Origin: Terriglobales bacterium
Lineage (GTDB): Bacteria > Acidobacteriota > Terriglobia > Terriglobales > Acidobacteriaceae
NCBI GenBank assembly: GCA_035260505.1
Contig: DATFVD010000635.1
Coordinates: 1-46,027, forward strand
Direction of reading: 5' to 3'
DNA length: 46,027 bases
Positions 41,740 through 46,027 of this stretch are shown piece after piece. Position 1 is the first letter of the stretch. The number at the start of each line of letters is the position of its first letter. Below the pieces are notes generated by a model that was not told the origin of the DNA, ran no database searches, and saw only the letters and a list, made by a program, of their open reading frames with translations. Both the position numbers and the translations under genes were made by a program.

Positions 41740-44280
41740 ATGCCTGGCCGAATTGTCGCTGCCCTGTCGCAAAATCAGCGTGCATCCTTGTTGAATCATC
41801 GAAGCGTAAGCCAGTCCCTACGCCCACGGCTGGTCCCAAGGTTAGCCCTTGTTTCCTTCATGCTCTGCCTGGGATTGTCTGCGGCTTGGGGACAGAACGA
41901 TGTTCTGACCCAGCACAACGACAATAAGCGGTCGGGCCTGAATGCGAATGAGACTCTGCTGACGCCGGCCAACGTCACCGTAAGTAAATTCGGAAGGCTT
42001 TTCACCCATGCTGTGGACGGCATCATCGTCGGGCAACCGCTTTATGCCAGCAATGTCTTGATGAACGACGGCCAGATGCACAACGTGGTGTACGTCGCGA
42101 CGCAGCACAACACCGTATACGCTTTTGATGCCGATAGCACCCAGGGTAGTAGCGCCTCTCCGCTATGGTCGGTGAGCCTGAATAATGGCGGGACATCTGA
42201 TCCCATCTCCGACTATGGTTGCACTGGGACACACTACACCGAAATCGGGATCATGAGCACCCCGGTGATCGATCCGGGCAAGACCACGCTTTATGTCGTG
42301 GCCAAGACATTGACCGGTTCGGTCCGCAATTTCAGTCTGCATGCCCTGGACATCACCACCGGCAACGAGCTGTTGGGAGGGCCGGTGATCATTGCGGGCA
42401 CGGCACCGTCCACCAACGGATCGGGAACTTTCAATCCGATCGTCCAAATGCAGCGCCCCGCGCTCTTGCTGCAAAACGGTGTAATCTACGTTAGCTTTGG
42501 GGGCAACGGTTGCGACGTATACGCCTATAGTGGCTGGCTCTTTGCCTACAACTCGCAAACGCTGCAACAGCAGTCTGTGTTCCTGGTAACTCCCAACGGG
42601 AAACAGGGTTCGATCTGGCAGGGCGGAAGCGGCCCCGCGGCGGATGCAGACGGCTACATCTACCTGGCCACGGCAAACGGGGACTTTGACGGTCCCCAGG
42701 GATCTAACGACTTTAGCGACAGTGTCCTCAAGTTGGGCTGGAACGGGAGTGCATTGAACGTGCTGGACTTCTTCACTCCATATAACCAACTGCAACTCCG
42801 GCAACTGGATCTGGATCTGGGTTCGTCCGGACCGCTGGTTCTTCCGGACCAACCCGGTACCTACCCACACTTACTGGTAGTAGCAGGGAAGGAGGGCGTA
42901 CTTTACCTGATCAATCGCGATGATATGGGGAAGTTCGGCGCGGATGCTGACAACGTCGTCCAGTCCATTTCTGGTGCAGTCGCGACTGAAGTCGCCGGCG
43001 TACCTTCGTACTGGAACAATAACTTGTACATGGCCGGAGATGACGACTATATCAAGCAGTACTCTTTGGTCAACGGACTGCTCACGCAGCAGCCGGTTTC
43101 TCAAACCACTGTCTTCTTTGGCGGTGCGGGGCCGGCTTCGACCTCGATTACAGCGAATGGAAACAGCAATGGAATCCTTTGGGCGATCCGGCATACCAAC
43201 CCCGCCACCCTCTTCGCCTTCGATCCAACCAACCTCGCGAGCAAGCTCTACGATAGCTCGCAGGCGCTGCTGGCACGGGACAAATCGGTTCCCGTCGCAC
43301 GCTTCGTAACTCCAACCATTTCGAACGGCAGGGTGTACATCGGCGGAATCGCCGCTCTTGAGGCGTACGGACTGCTGCCGAACCTCTCGGTGGCAACGGG
43401 CAATCACCAGACAGCTATGGAGAAAACGGTTTTACCGGTAGCTCTGAGTGTGGTCGCCACCGATACCTACACATCGAAGCCGCTAGCCAGCGCAGTTGTG
43501 ACCTGCAGGGACGGCGGAGCAGGAGGAGTGTTCACCCCAACCCAACCGGAGACGACGGATGCGACGGGAACGGTGACTTTTAGTTACCGGCTGCCTTCCA
43601 CGCCGCGCGCCGTGACAATCACTTGTTCCAGTTTGGGTTTCATCAGCGCTACGTTCAGCGAAACGAGTGCTGTTGGTCCTCCGTCGCGAATGCTTGTTAC
43701 TTCCGGAAACTTCCAATCAGCGCCTCCCGTTACTCCCCTTCCGGCGCCGTTAGTGCTGAAGGTACTTGATGCGAACGGTTTTGGCGTACCAGGAGTGACC
43801 GTGAATCTCACTGACAACGGCGCGGGTGGGACTTTCGCTGCCAATTCGGTCGTCACCAATGCAGTTGGGTCTGCCACAGCGCAATATACGACGGGCTCGA
43901 GTGCGCGTAAGGTCACGATTACCGCCTCAACGCCGGGAATCAGCAACATTGCCTTCACCGAGCACTGCGTCGCTGGACCCGCTGCCAGCATCGTCATCAC
44001 CCGCGGTAACAATCAGTTCGCTAAGGCGGGAACCCGATTGCCCGTGGCGCTGACCGTGCGCGTCGCCGACCAGTACGGCAATCCAGTTTCTGGCGTCAGC
44101 GTTAGTTTTAGCGACGGCAGCGCCGGGGGCGCTTTCTCTAACCCCAATCCCGGTTTGACCAGCGCCTCTGGAACGGTGATCCAGATCTATACGCTCCCGT
44201 CGTCCCTTGGAACTGTCAACATCACGGCCACCGCCGCTGGAGTAGCCAATCCCGCGAACTTCACCGAAACGGCGCACTAG
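41740..44280 (+). CDS. Secreted beta-propeller (PQQ-like repeat) protein with C-terminal bacterial Ig-like (Big_1-type) domains
   Basis: 846 aa, GAGGGAA SD. The signal region is LALVSFMLCLGLSAAWGQ. The propeller part includes VYVATQHNTVYAFDA, LYVVAKT, VIYVSFGG and RVYIGG. Three to four Ig-like repeats follow (..DGGAGGVFTP..ATGTVTFSY.., ..DNGAGGTFAA..AVGSATAQY.., ..DGSAGGAFSN..ASGTVIQIY..). Confidence 0.8.
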   Translation: MPGRIVAALSQNQRASLLNHRSVSQSLRPRLVPRLALVSFMLCLGLSAAWGQNDVLTQHNDNKRSGLNANETLLTPANVTVSKFGRLFTHAVDGIIVGQPLYASNVLMNDGQMHNVVYVATQHNTVYAFDADSTQGSSASPLWSVSLNNGGTSDPISDYGCTGTHYTEIGIMSTPVIDPGKTTLYVVAKTLTGSVRNFSLHALDITTGNELLGGPVIIAGTAPSTNGSGTFNPIVQMQRPALLLQNGVIYVSFGGNGCDVYAYSGWLFAYNSQTLQQQSVFLVTPNGKQGSIWQGGSGPAADADGYIYLATANGDFDGPQGSNDFSDSVLKLGWNGSALNVLDFFTPYNQLQLRQLDLDLGSSGPLVLPDQPGTYPHLLVVAGKEGVLYLINRDDMGKFGADADNVVQSISGAVATEVAGVPSYWNNNLYMAGDDDYIKQYSLVNGLLTQQPVSQTTVFFGGAGPASTSITANGNSNGILWAIRHTNPATLFAFDPTNLASKLYDSSQALLARDKSVPVARFVTPTISNGRVYIGGIAALEAYGLLPNLSVATGNHQTAMEKTVLPVALSVVATDTYTSKPLASAVVTCRDGGAGGVFTPTQPETTDATGTVTFSYRLPSTPRAVTITCSSLGFISATFSETSAVGPPSRMLVTSGNFQSAPPVTPLPAPLVLKVLDANGFGVPGVTVNLTDNGAGGTFAANSVVTNAVGSATAQYTTGSSARKVTITASTPGISNIAFTEHCVAGPAASIVITRGNNQFAKAGTRLPVALTVRVADQYGNPVSGVSVSFSDGSAGGAFSNPNPGLTSASGTVIQIYTLPSSLGTVNITATAAGVANPANFTETAH

Positions 44281-44330
44281 CGAAGTTGATGTGAGGAAGC
44301 ACCTCACGCGCGCTTCATCAAGATCAAGGT

Positions 44331-45293
44331 TCAGCCCAGCAAATGCTTTCGCGCCGAGAGATGGGCTCCCGTCAGCAAGAGCATTCCCGACAGGAACGCC
44401 CAGAACATCAGGCTGACCGAGATGGCGAACGGTCCGTACACTTCCGCAAAATTCAGCCGGGGCAGGGCGAAGATATAAGCGTACTTCAGCGCCTCGGAGA
44501 GCAATCCCATGATCACCGCCGCCGGCAGGACTCCCTGGGCCGGCACTTTGCCGTTCGGCAGCGCCCAGTAGACGAGGAAGAAGATGGCGATGCTGGCTCC
44601 GATCGAAGAGATCTTCATGATCACAAAGTCCACCACTTGCACATACCAGCCGCCATAGCCGTGTAGCGCATTCTTCAAGATGGCTACGTTGCCGGCGGTC
44701 AATCCTACCGAGAGCAGGGCGAGCGATCCGCAGGCAAAGACCAGACCGAGCGACATCAACTGATTTCGCAGGTAAGAGCGATTGTTGCGAAATCTCCAGA
44801 CGCGATTCAGCGCAACTTCGAGCGGCAGAAAAATTCCGGTGGAGGTAATCAGCAGCATGGCCAGTGAGAACACTTGCGCCCGATGGTGCGCGCCGACCAG
44901 CGCATTCAGGTTCCGGATCACAAATTCCTGGCCAGTCGGAAGATAGTCGCGCAACAGATTCTCGACAACACCGTACATCACCTGGGAACGAATGACGTAT
45001 CGGATCAATGTCATCAGCAACAGCAGGAACGGGAAGAAGGACAGAATGAAGTTGGCGGCGACGGAAAACGCAAAGGTGTGCACATCGGTCCGAAGCAGAT
45101 AGCGTGCGGTGGAGCGCAGGACGCCTTCGGCTGGAGCGGCACGATGCTCAGCCGCGCCCTTCTTGCCGGAAAGCTCAATGGGAGTGATCGACGACACTGG
45201 TTTCTCAAATATTATCAAATACTTACGTCTTGCCGTCGAGGCGCGGCGGGCGCGGGCCGGGCGCGCTTCGGGTCTGATTGAGCCACGGATCAT
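44331..45293 (-). CDS. YihY/BrkB family inner-membrane protein
   Basis: FAFSVAANFILSFFPFLLLLMTL..., six hydrophobic helices, and a C-terminal YGPFAISVSLMFWAFLSGMLLLTGAHL. These are typical of YihY family proteins. The basic N-terminal 60 aa may be over-extended. Confidence 0.8.
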   Translation of the reverse strand: MIRGSIRPEARPARARRASTARRKYLIIFEKPVSSITPIELSGKKGAAEHRAAPAEGVLRSTARYLLRTDVHTFAFSVAANFILSFFPFLLLLMTLIRYVIRSQVMYGVVENLLRDYLPTGQEFVIRNLNALVGAHHRAQVFSLAMLLITSTGIFLPLEVALNRVWRFRNNRSYLRNQLMSLGLVFACGSLALLSVGLTAGNVAILKNALHGYGGWYVQVVDFVIMKISSIGASIAIFFLVYWALPNGKVPAQGVLPAAVIMGLLSEALKYAYIFALPRLNFAEVYGPFAISVSLMFWAFLSGMLLLTGAHLSARKHLLG

Positions 45294-45399
45294 GCTTGTT
45301 TTCAGCCGCGTGCCAGTAATTTCGTTCTTGCCAATCGGAATCTTCCTGCTATTATCTGGAGCTTCGTCAACCGGACCGGTTGGCGAATGAGTAGCAGGA

Positions 45400-45428
45400 T
45401 TGACGTTTCTGTGTCAGCGTCCGATATC
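45400..45428 (+). promoter_or_regulatory. Candidate promoter for the cold-shock gene (-35 TTGACG, 17-nt spacer, -10 GATATC)
   Basis: Pattern match only. If real, it would give a 5' UTR of about 230 nt, in keeping with the long leaders of cspA-type genes. Confidence 0.25.
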
Positions 45429-45667
45429 GCGCCTTCGTCTTCGCGGCTCCACCGCATTTCGTCGCGGGCAAACCCCTCGACAGAATGCAGGGGAGCCGTT
45501 TCTGTTGGTGCGTCATTGCTCGTCCACGGCGACGCCAAGCAAAATTCTTACCGTCACTTTGAGGGGGTGTTTGTACCGGGTTTTCTGTATCGGGTTTCCG
45601 GAACACCAGGACAAACAGAGAAAGAGACGGAAAGAATAATTCTTAGCGAGTCGAAAGGAGTTTCTTT

Positions 45668-45874
45668 GTGAGAGAGAAGGGTACTGTGAAGTGGTTCAAC
45701 GGGGCGAAGGGATACGGATTCATCCAGCGCTCCACCGGCGAGGATGTGTTCGTGCATTTCTCGGCCATCCAGGAGAACGGCTACCGCTCGCTGAATGAAG
45801 GCGAGACTGTCGAGTTCGATCTGCTCAAAGGCCCGAAGGGCTTCCAGGCGGGCAACGTCGTGCGCGCAGCATAA
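45668..45874 (+). CDS. cspA: Cold-shock protein (CspA family, CSD)
   Basis: AAGGAG SD 8 nt before the GTG start. Contains [15 protein letters not shown] (RNP1) and VFVHFSAI (RNP2). Confidence 0.95.
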   Translation: MREKGTVKWFNGAKGYGFIQRSTGEDVFVHFSAIQENGYRSLNEGETVEFDLLKGPKGFQAGNVVRAA

Positions 45875-45896
45875 ATTTCTCCAACCAGTTCGCAAA

Positions 45897-45929
45897 CCCT
45901 CTCAGTATTGTGGAGAGGGTTTTTTATTT
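45897..45929 (+). terminator. Rho-independent terminator after csp
   Basis: CCCTCTC-N9-GAGAGGG followed by TTTTTTATTT. Confidence 0.85.
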
Positions 45930-46027
45930 GACGGGAAACGCGTCTCGGAGGGGCCTCCGAATTCGTGCGGTTTTAACTCCATTTGTGGATGTTTACTGGA
46001 TGGGTATTAGACAGTATATTACTTTAT

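Noticed and set aside
42163-42870. 235-aa minus-strand ORF
   Set aside because: It is antisense to the beta-propeller/Ig-like gene.
44291-44307. Hairpin GTGAGG-AAGCA-CCTCAC between convergent genes
   Set aside because: The stem is 6 bp with no T-tract on either strand. It may contribute to termination but is too weak to annotate.
1-46027. Search for tRNA, rRNA, tmRNA, SRP RNA, RNase P RNA, transposase/integrase, phage or cas genes
   Set aside because: I saw no T-loop GTTCGAATC-type motifs in a tRNA context, no rRNA-like conserved tracts, and no ORF with transposase, integrase, reverse-transcriptase or Cas features. Visual inspection is not exhaustive for small RNAs.
45930-46027. AT-rich tail at the window end after the csp terminator, containing the GGAGGGGCCTCC palindrome
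   Set aside because: It is too short and is truncated by the window edge, so I cannot interpret it.

Overview
This is a 46 kb window of high-GC (about 58-60%) chromosomal DNA. Gene content suggests Acidobacteriota/Terriglobia: an Oar-like TonB receptor, a PEGA-domain kinase, a YXWGXW protein and FtsX-type ABC permeases. That taxonomic call is an inference. I support about 36 protein genes. They include a murJ fragment cut by the window start and missing from the ORF track, a four-gene FtsX/FtsX/HlyD/ATPase export module, and an NtrC-type sigma-54 two-component pair. They also include ilvE, glgC, a Phd/VapC toxin-antitoxin pair, a cold-shock gene and several envelope or exported proteins. I saw no rRNA, tRNA, CRISPR array, transposase or integrase. 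The least ordinary content is non-coding. Inverted arrays of a tandem 7-nt repeat (CAGGTST / its complement) fill two intercistronic gaps, and a third one-armed array lies elsewhere. At least three further families of palindromic REP-like elements sit at gene ends and create false N-terminal extensions in the ORF track. Protein-level oddities are a membrane PEGA protein whose kinase domain has lost its catalytic residues, followed by a stand-alone cNMP-binding protein. A SAM hydrolase/halogenase-family (DUF62) protein with an export signal lies tail-to-tail with a trimeric-type purine nucleoside phosphorylase. The toxin-antitoxin operon appears to be leaderless. I did not recognise any known defence or mobile system beyond Phd/VapC. 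Many long antisense ORFs in the track are rejected as high-GC artefacts.
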